Source: Dipteris shenzhenensis (Eukaryota). Taken from it: 64,000 bases of DNA. A model generated the notes under the pieces. It saw nothing but the letters and a program-made list of their open reading frames with translations, had not been told where the DNA came from and searched no databases. Position 1 is the stretch's first letter. The number at the start of each line of letters is the position of its first letter. Positions 12,724 through 23,651 of the stretch are shown one piece after another. The stretch lies in NCBI GenBank assembly GCA_047967505.1, contig CM106538.1; one strand, 5' to 3'. The position numbers were made by a program, and so were the translations under genes.

Positions 12724-15384
12724 CTATCTTCCAGAGACGAGTGTAGACATTTGCCAGGAAAGCTGAGACTGTGCTGTATGGGAGAGAGCTACATCTCCTT
12801 CACTCTGTGTCTTTGAAGCATCATCATCATGGTCGTCTTCTGGAAAATATGGTTTTGCTCTGGCAAAGAAGCTACAGGGAGGGGGGGATGCCAATGCTTC
12901 TGTTCCATGAGCTGCTTCCAGCACCTTGACAACCCAGCTCATTGCAGGCCTGGAAGCAGGGTCTTCCTGGAGGCACCACAGAGCCACCTTCACCATCCTC
13001 TGAACTCTTTCCTGCTGCTTCTCCTCCAGGATCTCTCTCTGTAGCCTCGGATCTGCAAGCTCTATCAGATCTTCCCCTTTCTCCAACAATTCAAATGCCC
13101 AGGCAGGAAGATAGCATTCCTTCTGACTCCCATCGAAGCTCCTCCTCCCTCCCACCAGTTCCAGCAGCATTACCCCATAGCTGAACACATCGCTCCTCTC
13201 TGTTATGGCTGCATTCTTGAGCCATTCTGGAGCAAGGTACCCTCGAGTCCCTCGCATTGTCGTCACCGCATAGCTCTCATCTCGCTTCATGGGCTTTGCC
13301 AGACCAAAGTCGGATACTTTGGCATTCCATTGCTTGTCCAGCAATATGTTCTCGGGCTTTATATCGCAGTGGATGATGCGGCTGGTGCACTCTTCGTGAA
13401 GGTAAGCCAGGCCCTGTGCTGTGCCTAACGCGATCGCACAACGCTTTGGCCAATCCAATATGACATCTGCTTCTTTGTTGAAGAGGACCCGATCCAAGGA
13501 TCCGTTCCCCATGAATTCATAGACCAAAAGCCGGTGCGATCCCTCCATACAGTACCCGCAGAGACGCACTAGATTCCTGTGGGAGACGCTGCCTAGAGTG
13601 GCCACCTCTGCGCGGAACTGCTTTGTGCCAGCTGCGCGGTGGATGTCTTTGAGCTCCTTCACGGCAACTCTGATACGATGCGGCTGCGTAAGCACTCCTT
13701 CATACACGGCGCCAAAGCCACCAGCTCCCAATTTGTTTGCAAAACCATCGGTGGCTTCATGCAAATCCTTATAGGAGAATCGGGGGGGTAGCCCGGGCAA
13801 GGTGTCAAGATACATCTCATCCTCTGCAATGGCTTGGCCTCTCCGTTTTCGCCTCCTGACGAAGCATGTTACGAGGCCTATGAGACCAATGAAGGCGGCG
13901 ACGGCACCTATAGTTACTGCAATCGCAAGTGTTTTACGGTGAGAGGAGGAAGCTATGGGAGAAGTAGACGCCCCGCCAGCAGAAGTAGAATTGTATTGTT
14001 GAGGAGAGGGTGCAGGAGCAGGAGCAGGTACAGGAGCTAACGAGCTCGAATCATTACGCAGCTTGATGAAAACCAACTCATTCGGATCATTGGAGAATTG
14101 AAGAGTCCTGATGGGATACTCCATGAGATAGCAGCTTCCGAATGATGATCCCGAATCGTTCTTGAAGAAGACGGATTGACAGGAGCAGTTCTGCAAGCAC
14201 GATAGCTTGCAATCATCCAAGCTGGAATAATTGGACTGGCTTTCTCCATTGTAGAAGTCTTGCGCGGAGAAGTAAGTGTATCCGGTGACATTCAACATCG
14301 TCACGGCAGTGGAATTCGCGCCCCGAGTGCATTGATTCTGCAAGGGTAGAGCAGGGGATGTGCAACCCTGTGTTGGATCCGAAGCATTTGCGAGGCGGAA
14401 ACCACGAAGGCATACGCTGCTGCAAGAAGATGAGGAGGAGCTGCAAACTCCGTATTGGCCGCAGGCATCCGGATGCTGGCACGCCGTCGTGAGAGCTCGA
14501 TAGTTGAGCTGCCAGATCCCTTCCTTGAACACGAAATCGCGCAAGTTCCCGTCCGATTCCAATCTTACATACTCGAAGAATTCGGAATTCGGATTGAGGT
14601 TATTGCTGGACGTGCTCACGATGCTCTCCGAGGAGCTGTCGTAGACGGTGAGGCCGTTGCTCACGGCGACGTAAGAACCCAAGCAGCACACCCAGGCGTT
14701 TTGGGGGAGGCTGAACGTTGCTTCCATGCTCCAGTAGATTTCTGGACCGGATGGTTGATCGAAGGAAGCGTACAGAAGCAAATCGTTGGAGTAATTGGAA
14801 ACTGCCATGGAGTAGATGCCTCCCGATTTGTAGGGAGCATCGGCAGCTGCAGCGAACATCGTCACATGCAGATTCAATCGCTGGCCAATGATCAGAGTGT
14901 CTGATGGTTGATCGAAGCTCTGCCATACCGTCTCCTTGCTCACATTCGAGTTTCTTCCCTTGACGAGCATCAGATTGCCGTTCCGCAGCAGCTGCATGGA
15001 TTTCACACCGCTTGCCGCTGTGCCACTGTTCCATGCCAAGCTTCCATTGTCCCTCAGCTGCAGATCTCCATCCTTCTGCAGGGCGAGGCTGCAGTTTGGA
15101 GAGCTGTTGCTGCTGGTAGCGTTGTAGAAATTGGCCACCCAGACTTGCAGGGAGGAGGGGACGTGATGCACTGCAAGAATACAAGGCGCATTGGGAGAAG
15201 CTCGGCCTAAGATAAGCGAGAAATTGCCATTAGTAAGGACGGTGAGGTTGTCTTGCAGCGCTTCATTTTGCCAGTGTGTGCCTAAGGCTGCGGTGGAGTT
15301 GACGAGTGCGCGAGCAGGGATGGATCGATGCAAGGAGAGAAGCAGAAAAACGAAGGCAAAAGCAAGAAATGGATACCGATCCAT
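12724..15384 (-). CDS. G-type lectin S-receptor-like Ser/Thr kinase (SD2/SD2-5-like), 886 aa, uninterrupted ORF
   Basis: Signal peptide (MDRYPFLAFAFVFLLLSL), B-lectin motifs (LQKDGDLQL, LLRNGNLML, WQSFDQPSDTL), RLESDGNL, EGF-like CQHPDACGQYGVC, PAN CKLSCLQNCSC, TM helix followed by RRRKRR, LPGLPPRFSYKDL juxtamembrane, and complete kinase motifs GAGGFG/VAVK/HCDIKPEN/DFG/GTRGYLAPE. Confidence 0.96.
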   Translation of the reverse strand: MDRYPFLAFAFVFLLLSLHRSIPARALVNSTAALGTHWQNEALQDNLTVLTNGNFSLILGRASPNAPCILAVHHVPSSLQVWVANFYNATSSNSSPNCSLALQKDGDLQLRDNGSLAWNSGTAASGVKSMQLLRNGNLMLVKGRNSNVSKETVWQSFDQPSDTLIIGQRLNLHVTMFAAAADAPYKSGGIYSMAVSNYSNDLLLYASFDQPSGPEIYWSMEATFSLPQNAWVCCLGSYVAVSNGLTVYDSSSESIVSTSSNNLNPNSEFFEYVRLESDGNLRDFVFKEGIWQLNYRALTTACQHPDACGQYGVCSSSSSSCSSVCLRGFRLANASDPTQGCTSPALPLQNQCTRGANSTAVTMLNVTGYTYFSAQDFYNGESQSNYSSLDDCKLSCLQNCSCQSVFFKNDSGSSFGSCYLMEYPIRTLQFSNDPNELVFIKLRNDSSSLAPVPAPAPAPSPQQYNSTSAGGASTSPIASSSHRKTLAIAVTIGAVAAFIGLIGLVTCFVRRRKRRGQAIAEDEMYLDTLPGLPPRFSYKDLHEATDGFANKLGAGGFGAVYEGVLTQPHRIRVAVKELKDIHRAAGTKQFRAEVATLGSVSHRNLVRLCGYCMEGSHRLLVYEFMGNGSLDRVLFNKEADVILDWPKRCAIALGTAQGLAYLHEECTSRIIHCDIKPENILLDKQWNAKVSDFGLAKPMKRDESYAVTTMRGTRGYLAPEWLKNAAITERSDVFSYGVMLLELVGGRRSFDGSQKECYLPAWAFELLEKGEDLIELADPRLQREILEEKQQERVQRMVKVALWCLQEDPASRPAMSWVVKVLEAAHGTEALASPPPCSFFARAKPYFPEDDHDDDASKTQSEGDVALSHTAQSQLSWQMSTLVSGR

Positions 15385-15691
15385 GGCGAGAAGCTTGATG
15401 GTGCGGATACAGGAGAGCTCAAATCCTCAAGAGGATCCAAAAGTAGTGATCTCTGCATGAACGAAAGCTCAATCTTGCTATTGCTTTTCAACGCAGAATG
15501 GCGCGAACCACGCTCAATCATCACTGTAGTGTCTATGATTTGACAATGTCAACGCCACCCATCGATCCAAAAACGCGTCTTCAAGCTCAGCACAACACGT
15601 CTTTCATGCCCCCGCAACTTTCCCATTTCTCACATACCTGCTTTGAACCTCTGCATTAACAAACATTGCAATCTCCTCCACTCCCCCTCAG
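15385..15691. promoter_or_regulatory. Candidate shared divergent promoter / 5' UTR region of the two RLKs
   Basis: Immediately upstream of the minus-strand RLK ATG. Contains the palindrome TTGACAATGTCAA (15540-15552), ACGCGT (15573-15578) and ACACGT (15595-15600), and ends at a plus-strand donor-like CAG|GTACCC (15691/15692). Confidence 0.4.
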
Positions 15692-16479
15692 GTACCCCCC
15701 GCATCATATGCTTTCTCGCTTTTTTGGTTCACTTTGTTTTCTCGCGGGATTGTATAGATTGGCTGCAAGAACATAGAATCTCTCTAGCTTGCCTAATTGC
15801 ATGCGTTACTACTTTTTCTATTCAACATTGCATCGATCAGCAAGCCGTAGATGGCTTCATTCAGGATGAGTCGTTAGTAATCACTTACCGATACCATACA
15901 TGCCGTATACTCAGCCGCCTGATTATTCCTCTGTTAATACCCCCCCCCCCCCCTGGCTGGCTGTTTGCATTTACAAGGCTTCTACCAGCAGCTCCGACTT
16001 GATTGTTGTTGCCAATCCATTGTAGGTGGCATCAGTCCACTGATGAGGGCAAGGTGGCAAGCCTAAGAAGGCGTTCCCACTCCTCGCCCATCCAAGTAGA
16101 AATGCCTCAAAATACAACCGCTGGTATAGTTCCCACTCAACTTCCCGACATTTTCGGAGCCAAAACCACGCGTTGCCATGCCCTGTTGGAGACACAAAAA
16201 AGCTCTTGCTCGCCGGTCATTTTGGGGCTTCCTGACAACAAAGTTTGTTGTTTCTGCGGTTTCAACATTTGCAGGTCTATCTTTAGGTGCTGTGTGGGCG
16301 CGGACTGAGAACAGGCTATAAGAGGCCGACCAGCTTTTGAAGCCATGAGCATTTAATGGTGGCCATAGCTACAGAAACCTGCATCCCCGCACTCCTTTGT
16401 CAGGCCATCCTGCTCTTCGTCCTTGCATCTATGCTTACATGAACCACCTTGCATCTATGCTTACATGGACCACTGCACT

Positions 16480-16790
16480 TCACTTCCCTTCAAGGCATAG
16501 CACTGGTGGGCTGCATTGTTGGCCTCATGCCCACGCGAAGCTAGGTTCATGATTGGATACATGCGAGTTTGGCTTTCGAGGGTGACTACATCCAGGAGGT
16601 CACCATCTATGGGAAAGGCATTTTTCTTATTCAGTTGAGTGTCTGATGCCACCTAGCTCCTTGTGGAGTAAAGTCCAATTTTCCTCGGCCCGCATCTAGT
16701 GTTCTTCATATTGTGGTACCATGGTTTCACAATTGATGATATGGATTTGATGCACCATGTGCCGCATTTCCTAGTGATGCTTCAGTTCCC
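16480..16790 (+). mobile_element. LINE (L1-type) ORF1 DUF4283-like fragment between the two RLKs
   Basis: Translates as VHDWIHASLAFEGDYIQEVTI..GKGIFLIQLS..SPIFLGPHLVFFILWYHGFTIDDMDLMHHVPHFLVMLQFP, which aligns by eye with ORF1 of the LINE at 29272-29973 (EDGHIEEVALMGRGIFWLKLS..PWYRGFS..IPHHPVTLVFP). Confidence 0.75.
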
Positions 16791-17554
16791 ACCTAGCAGG
16801 ACATCACCCTCATTGTCAATCTCTTTTATATTGGAACGTGGGTCCACTCCTCCCCCTTCACCGCTGTTTTTTCCATATATTACCATACACAAAATAGGAT
16901 ATCTGAAGAATGCCTTTCATATACAATAGGCTGTTCTAAACTGTTATAACATGCCAATTAATCAATATGAGAACCAGTGTTTATACTATAATAGCACATG
17001 AGTTGGTGCTCATGGACAGATGCCTGTAATGAGCTTCCTTATTGCCAGTAATGTACTTGCTAGAAAGCCTTTTCCAAAATCCAACTGGATTTAGAGACAA
17101 ATCTTTGAGCACCTTGGTCATCAGGAGAAACTTTAAAAATGGACGCCAGCATATTTCCCAGATTTTTTTTTTGGTGAGATTGCGATGTAACACTGTCTAC
17201 GATGACAAATGTTATTTGATGAATCATGTATGTGTATGGAATGATTCATATGGACGATCATTTGGAGGGCATGCACCTTGAATTTGAGATACACAAGGCT
17301 GCTTGAATTGAATATGATAGCAAGAGTATGGAGATAATAAAATGGCATAAGTTCATGTTCCTGCTGGAATCTTAAAAGAATAGTTCCTGAAATTGAGCCA
17401 TGCAAGGGGTTACACCCAAAACAGTTTGAAGCAGTCTTAAAAGAAGATAATCTAGAGAATATCATTAGTAACTTTTTGACGAAATTTTTCTTTATTTCAG
17501 ATCTTGTGGACTTGGGCTCTGCAAATGTTTTAAACCTTCTTGGAGCTGGTGGAT

Positions 17555-20029
17555 ATGGTCATCAAAGCTCCTGCTTCATTAGTCATCCTCCCCTGTTTTG
17601 TCTGCAAATGGACTGTGGACCAATGGCATCGTCACATCCTATACGTGTTGCTTCTGAGCATCGTCATTCAATATAGTGATTGTAAATCAATTATGGGACT
17701 GGGAACAAGCACCAGTGCCAATTATTTTATGGGATCCCAAGCTGTGGTGGTGCTTGAATCAGGATCAGGTGGATATGCTATGTTATTGGACTGTGGGAAT
17801 GCAACTATAGTAGTAAAGAATATAATGGCTGAATTAGATAGCCCAGTGCTAGTGTGGGTGGCCAATTATTTTGACAGTAATTACACTGTTATGGGTTCAG
17901 AGAATGTTACTTGTTCTTTGGAACTTCGACGAGATGGAGATCTGCAACTTTTACTCAATACAACAGAGCAGAACAGTCAAGTTCTTGTATGGAGTACTGG
18001 CACAAAAGGGAAAGGCGTACAAAGCTTGGAGATCCAGGATTCAGGAAATTTGGTTTTAGTTGATTCCAGAAATGGTACTGTGTGGCAGAGCTTTGACTAT
18101 CCAACCAATGTGCTGCTAGAGGGCCAGAACTTGACAAAAGGAATGAAGCTCGTGGCTCCAGATGCCACAGGATATCATTCAGGAGGTGCTTATTTAATGG
18201 AACTGGAAGATGGAGACCTATGTCTGTATGCAGTTATAGGTAATGATGGAAACAGAGCCCTCTACTGGAGCCTTAACAAAAGTATTGGGAGCCAGGTTCA
18301 CTCAGACCTCAGCCAAGTTGAATATGCAGCACTTTTCCAAGGAGGCATTGGCCTGTTTGCAGCAGATTCTTCTGTTGTGGCCTTCACGTCAAGTCAATCA
18401 TCTCAAAGCTCTTATTCCACCTTATTCGGTCGCTTGAATGCGGATGCCAGTTTCGTTGTTTATCTGTTAGTCGAAGGTGAAGCGTGGTCCACAAATTATG
18501 CAGCTCTTGACACAAATTGCCAAAATCCCAAGGCATGTGGCAATTATGGCCTTTGTGCCATCAACAGCTCACAGAACACCGTAAATTGCACTTGCCCAGC
18601 TCGTTTTAATCCTTTAAACTCATCTGACCTCACTCAAGGCTGCACACCCCTACAAGTTCCTCATTGTGGAGGTGATGTGGAGCTTTTGCAACTCGATGGA
18701 AATGGATACTCTTACTTCTCCAGTTATGTCTCATCCTCTGTTAATATGCCCTTGGATCAATGTAAACAAAGTTGTCTACAAAACTGTTCATGCCTTGCTG
18801 TGTTCATCAATCTGGAGACTCCAAGTGCATGCTTTTCCATTCAGAATGATATACTGACAATCATGGCAACTTCTGACGCGAACCAGCTCATGTTTCTGAA
18901 AGTTGATGCCAACTCTATCGGCCAAAGCACTACAGCAAGTGCACCCACAAGCCATAAGAAAGGAGTGTTGACAATAGCGGTAGGGCTAGGCTCTGCAGGT
19001 GCAGTTTTGTTCCTCAGTATCATGGTGGTTTTAATAATGATATGGGGAAGAAAAAAGGCTCAACATAAGAAAGGAGAAACCTTTCTGAACAAGTTGCCAG
19101 GTCTACCTCCCAGATTTTCATACAAGGATTTGCAGATTGCGACAAATGGTTTCAGTCAGCAGGTTGGTAGAGGAGGATTTGGTTGCGTCTATGAAGGTGT
19201 CCTTGGTAGTAAGTCTAGAATAGCTGTGAAGCGTTTAGAAGGTGGAACACAGGGAGAGAAACAATTTGAGGCAGAAGTTGCTTCTATTGGAAGCATTGAC
19301 CATATGAACTTGGTGCGCCTCCGAGGATTTTGCATGGAGGGTGAACATCGGTTATTGGTATATGAATTCATGGAAGGAGGCTCTCTGGATATGTATATTT
19401 GTAGAGACAGGGTGACTCCATCTTTACCCATACTAGATTGGCAAGCGCGCTATAAAATTGCACTGGAAGTAGCAAGGGGCTTGGCATACCTCCATGAGGG
19501 AACTTCCAGGAAAATCATTCACTGTGACATCAAGCCTGCAAACATTCTTCTAGACTCGAGCTTGGTTGCCAAAATTTCAGACTTAGGCCTCTGTAAAATA
19601 ATGCACAGGGACATGCAAAGTTACACAATGACTAACATGAGAGGTACAAGGGGCTACCTTGCTCCCGAATGGCTTTTGAACTTGCCCATAACCGAGAAAA
19701 GTGATGTATACAGTTATGGGATGGTGCTGCTGGAGCTAGTAAGTGGCAGGAAAATTTTGGACCTCAATGCGGGCGATGAAAGCTTTGTTGATCTGCCAAG
19801 CCAGGCATCCAGTGCAGTTATAAATAACTGTATTGTAGATTTCTTGGATGGTAGACTCGCTGCAGTCACCCCTGGGCAGGAGGTATACAGGCTTGTTCAA
19901 GTATCTTTGTGTTGCACTCAAGAGGTTGCTGCATTAAGGCCTAAGATGAGCACTGTAGTGAAGATGCTAGAAGGTACCATTGAGGTCCTCCCCGAACTTT
20001 CACCTAGTGCTATAACCCTGGTGCATTGA
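17555..20029 (+). CDS. G-type lectin S-receptor-like Ser/Thr kinase (SD2-like), about 824 aa, uninterrupted ORF
   Basis: The ORF track starts at a TTG (17540); the first in-frame ATG is 17555. Hydrophobic signal ILYVLLLSIVIQYSDC, LRRDGDLQL, WQSFDYPTNVLL, EGF CQNPKACGNYGLC, PAN CKQSCLQNCSC, TM, LPGLPPRFSYKDL, and kinase GRGGFG/IAVK/HCDIKPAN/DLG/GTRGYLAPE. Confidence 0.95.
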   Translation: MVIKAPASLVILPCFVCKWTVDQWHRHILYVLLLSIVIQYSDCKSIMGLGTSTSANYFMGSQAVVVLESGSGGYAMLLDCGNATIVVKNIMAELDSPVLVWVANYFDSNYTVMGSENVTCSLELRRDGDLQLLLNTTEQNSQVLVWSTGTKGKGVQSLEIQDSGNLVLVDSRNGTVWQSFDYPTNVLLEGQNLTKGMKLVAPDATGYHSGGAYLMELEDGDLCLYAVIGNDGNRALYWSLNKSIGSQVHSDLSQVEYAALFQGGIGLFAADSSVVAFTSSQSSQSSYSTLFGRLNADASFVVYLLVEGEAWSTNYAALDTNCQNPKACGNYGLCAINSSQNTVNCTCPARFNPLNSSDLTQGCTPLQVPHCGGDVELLQLDGNGYSYFSSYVSSSVNMPLDQCKQSCLQNCSCLAVFINLETPSACFSIQNDILTIMATSDANQLMFLKVDANSIGQSTTASAPTSHKKGVLTIAVGLGSAGAVLFLSIMVVLIMIWGRKKAQHKKGETFLNKLPGLPPRFSYKDLQIATNGFSQQVGRGGFGCVYEGVLGSKSRIAVKRLEGGTQGEKQFEAEVASIGSIDHMNLVRLRGFCMEGEHRLLVYEFMEGGSLDMYICRDRVTPSLPILDWQARYKIALEVARGLAYLHEGTSRKIIHCDIKPANILLDSSLVAKISDLGLCKIMHRDMQSYTMTNMRGTRGYLAPEWLLNLPITEKSDVYSYGMVLLELVSGRKILDLNAGDESFVDLPSQASSAVINNCIVDFLDGRLAAVTPGQEVYRLVQVSLCCTQEVAALRPKMSTVVKMLEGTIEVLPELSPSAITLVH

Positions 20030-20533
20030 GTTTGATCTTTGTATGATTGATTTTTGAAGAGAGGAATACGAGGAGGTAATGAGTTAATTGTGGGAAATGC
20101 CTCCAAAGGACTACTTAAACAAGTTGTTAACTATTAATGACAAAAAGTAGCTAAATTTGTCATAGTTGAAGCCAGCAAATAAGCTAACCCTCTCATTTGA
20201 ACATTGATACTGCCTCACTTTCACGCTTCCCCTCTTTCCCTTCTTCACTCCTCTATCCATGCTTTCTTCTTAGCACTTTTTCACCAAAAGTGGATGACTT
20301 CCTGCACCTGTACACCATGTGCAGATGATGAAAGCTTTCCAAGTGCTACCTTAAATGCAACTAATTTTCTCTTGACCTGTGTGACCAAGGAGAAAGTTAC
20401 CTAAGGTAACAGTAGTTAGGATTACTATGCCGAGAAGTGTTGGGTTTTGAGGGCTAATTTCCTTTCTTAGTATGTTTTGATTCAATTCTTGATCTACATG
20501 CACTCTCCTCCCACAACGGTGCTCTCTCTCCCT

Positions 20534-20563
20534 CCCCCCCCCCCCCCCCCCCCCCCTTTTTTT
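20534..20563. repeat. Poly(C) tract (~23 nt) followed by T7
   Basis: Directly visible homopolymer runs. Confidence 0.9.
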
Positions 20564-21399
20564 GCGCCTTCTTATCCAAATGTAACCCGCACCCCTCTTA
20601 CATTGATATAAATGCCCTTTCTCAGGCCTACACCTTCTGTCAACCTGCTCCCTCTTCTTTTAACCAGATTCACTTCCTCTTGGGGGACAGGGTAGTGTAT
20701 GGTTCTTAGTTTGGTGGATGCACATGGATGTTCGAAAAGACATTCAAAATAAACCCCAAGAATGATTTCACAGATAAGCTTATGGGAGACCAGGACCCCA
20801 AGATTCCGAATGAGCTCACCAAGCTTGAGAATTATATATAAATTTGATCTCAAAAGATGGCAATCTGTTGTATGCAGGCATGCAATGACAGAGTTATGCC
20901 CAAACTTGGTGGACAAAAGTGTAAGATTGCCCAGACAGGCAGGACACTCAGGCAGATTCTAAGGAGATCAAGGTATTGAATTTTGTGTCCCAATAATCCT
21001 GAAATGGTATCTGCAGGATTCCATGCCTTGAATCAAACATGCATGGTTTAGGAATGTAAGAATGAGTTTTGGAAGCTCTGTACAGGAGGTCGTGAGAAGA
21101 GGTAAAGCAGGGTTTACATCCGTTGTGAGGACCCAGAATACTCAAAACATTGAGGAATCTACCCATGGGACTGGGGTCATAAGCCTCGGTACAATGGTAT
21201 GTGTGGGCAGTGCAAAATAATAAGAAAACAAAGCTCATTATTACTAAAACTTTACGATGACTATCATGAGCATGAGGATACACTCAAGATATAAGATGTA
21301 TCCATGATGATGCTAGCTAGCAGTTACTCTGGAGTCTGAATTATGGCAATGAAGTAGGCAGATGAATAAGGCAAGGAGCTGTTAAAATAGAGCAGCTCT

Positions 21400-23521
21400 T
21401 AAATCTATGACTTGTTGGAGGAAGCTAGAATGCAAGAGAGCAAGAAAGAAAAGGAGTATACTTGCAAATGGATGATGAGAAAGTAGAATAGTGGCCAATA
21501 TATGGCCCAACCAACTTAGGACTAAATGTCCAAACGGTACCAATCCTAGATGCCCTAGGTGGACCAAGTGTCCTAACTAGCCTACAAGGCCATACCAGGG
21601 CTAAAGTGGCAGCAAACATCCTTGCATAGTATGGCATACCATCCTCTGAGGAGAAACAGAAGCCAGGCTCCAATGGTATGGAAAACGGCTTACAATCCTC
21701 GAACTGAAAGTGATGTAAGAGCTGTCCAATGTACTTAGACTGGCTCATCATTATGCTTCCCTCAAAGTGAGCAAATTGGTTGTCAAGATAGTAATGCAAC
21801 TGGCCAATATCTGACATTGCAAAAGATTTTTGCAAATCAGCCTTGAAGGCTGCAATTTGTTGAGTATTTGGCCCAGTGATAAGCATGCCATCCACATAAA
21901 GAATCAATATGAGCAAATCTGCTCCACTCTTTTGGAGATAGAGTTACTTCTATGGGGCTGTTCTAAAAACCAAGGCATATCAAATGTATATGAATTTCGG
22001 CATACCATGCATGGAGTGCTTGCTTCAGCGCATAAAGGGCCTTGTGTAGCCGGCATACCTTATTTTCAAACCCTCTCAACCTCAAAATCAGGAGGTTTCC
22101 TGACATAGATTTGGTCAAGAGAATCACCGTGCTGAAAAGCAATCTTAATGTCAAGTTGATAAGACTCGCAAAGCTTGTGTGATGAAATAGCAATGACACA
22201 TTGAATGTTGATGTGGGAGCAAAGGTTTTATCAAAGTCAATGCCTTACCACTGAACATAGCCCCTAGCAACAAGACGAGATTGGTATTGGTCCACGCTGC
22301 CATCAGCTTTCTGCTTCAACTTGTAAACCCACTTAGTGCCGATGGCACGCTTGCCAGGAGGCAAGTCATGCAACTCCCATGTGCCAATTTGATGAATGGA
22401 ATCCAATTCAGCTTTCATAGCATCTATCCACTCTTTGTTGTCAAAAGCATCCTTATGGCATAAAGTTCCTCATTGCAGGCTATGGCAATCAAAGCAACAT
22501 CCAAAAAATTGTCATGCATGTCTCTGTGCACCTCCAGTGCAGGACCAAGGGTTCAGCTTGCTTGCTGTCCCTAAGAGTATCCAAAAGTCACCTGGGGACT
22601 GTTTTTTGCTGTTTAATGACAGCTCTCCTCTGCAAGTGCTTGTTTAATAGCATGATCACCACGCTGAGGCAAATCAGGCTGAACATGGGCATCATGAGGA
22701 GGCTGAGAATGCTAGAAGCTGAGGGATTTGAACCCTGCAAGTTTGATCTGAATTTATATTTGATTGAAAGAGGGGCAGCAATGAATCAAACACATCTGAG
22801 GCATTTACAGAAGGCTGTTTTTGACGGTCCAGCTAAGGCAGAGCTACTTCCTCAGCAAAAACAACATCTTTGCTGACACTAATTCCTCGTGCCAGGTTGA
22901 TACAATATTTAGCCTTTACTTTATAAGATAGCCTATGAATATACATTTCACTGCTTCATCCTCCAATTTGTGCCTCAACTAAGAGGGAACGTGTGCATAT
23001 GCTGACACCCAGATACCCGCATGTGTGAAATTACAAGCCTCCGGCCTATCCATGCTTCATAGGTAGTGTATACCTAGATGAGTCCAGGAACATGCCCAAA
23101 CTCACCCTCTAAAAACACAACATAGTGCATTTTTAATCTTATGATAGTCACTCATAAGGTTGAAAACAATAAACTCCATCATGCATACAATAGTGGGCAT
23201 AGACCATAGTATAAACATATGCTCACACATACAAATCCACACACCCACACATACTTGGAACATCCATTTATACAAAGTCTTCATACTGAGTTTTTGTCAG
23301 CACTTCGGAGGTAAAGGGCAGACTCAGCCATGACGAAGGCTAGCACTAAAGGAGAAGGCTAATCAAAAGGTAGTCCAAAATCTCTTCCTTCAAGCTACAA
23401 CTACTTGTGAAGACTAAAACGATTTCATTTTAGTCTCTCCCAGACGAGCATCTAAATCTAGTTGATCGCCTTGAATGCCTGTGTGGGTGATGCATTCAGT
23501 ACATAGTTGGCATACGGGATT
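21400..23521 (-). mobile_element. Copia element A, 3' part (end of integrase plus degenerate RT)
   Basis: RT motifs VCRLHKALYALKQA, ILYVDGMLITG, MSQSKYI, DCKPFSIPLEPG; 23460-23520 reads IPYANYVLNASPTQAFKAI (integrase C-terminal part). Confidence 0.85.
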
Positions 23522-23651
23522 TTTTTTGCCAAAAAAATAGTGCTAATTATATTACTTCGAAAACAAGATACAAGAGGTCAGCATTGCAGCTGACGGGCTG
23601 CATTCACAAATTGGACGCAGCCCAAAAAGGTAACAAAAGTAAAGCTCTCTC

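Noticed and set aside
12829-15543. Many overlapping antisense and alternate-frame ORFs over RLK1
   Set aside because: Shadow ORFs of a GC-rich coding sequence, with no recognisable motifs.
17540-17554. TTG start given in the ORF track for RLK2
   Set aside because: Eukaryotic gene; the first in-frame ATG at 17555 is preferred.
12724-20029. Calling the RLK pair a self-incompatibility S-locus (SRK)
   Set aside because: Both are SD2-type non-RD kinases with uninterrupted ORFs, unlike the intron-containing RD-type SRK, and no linked small cysteine-rich ligand gene was recognised.
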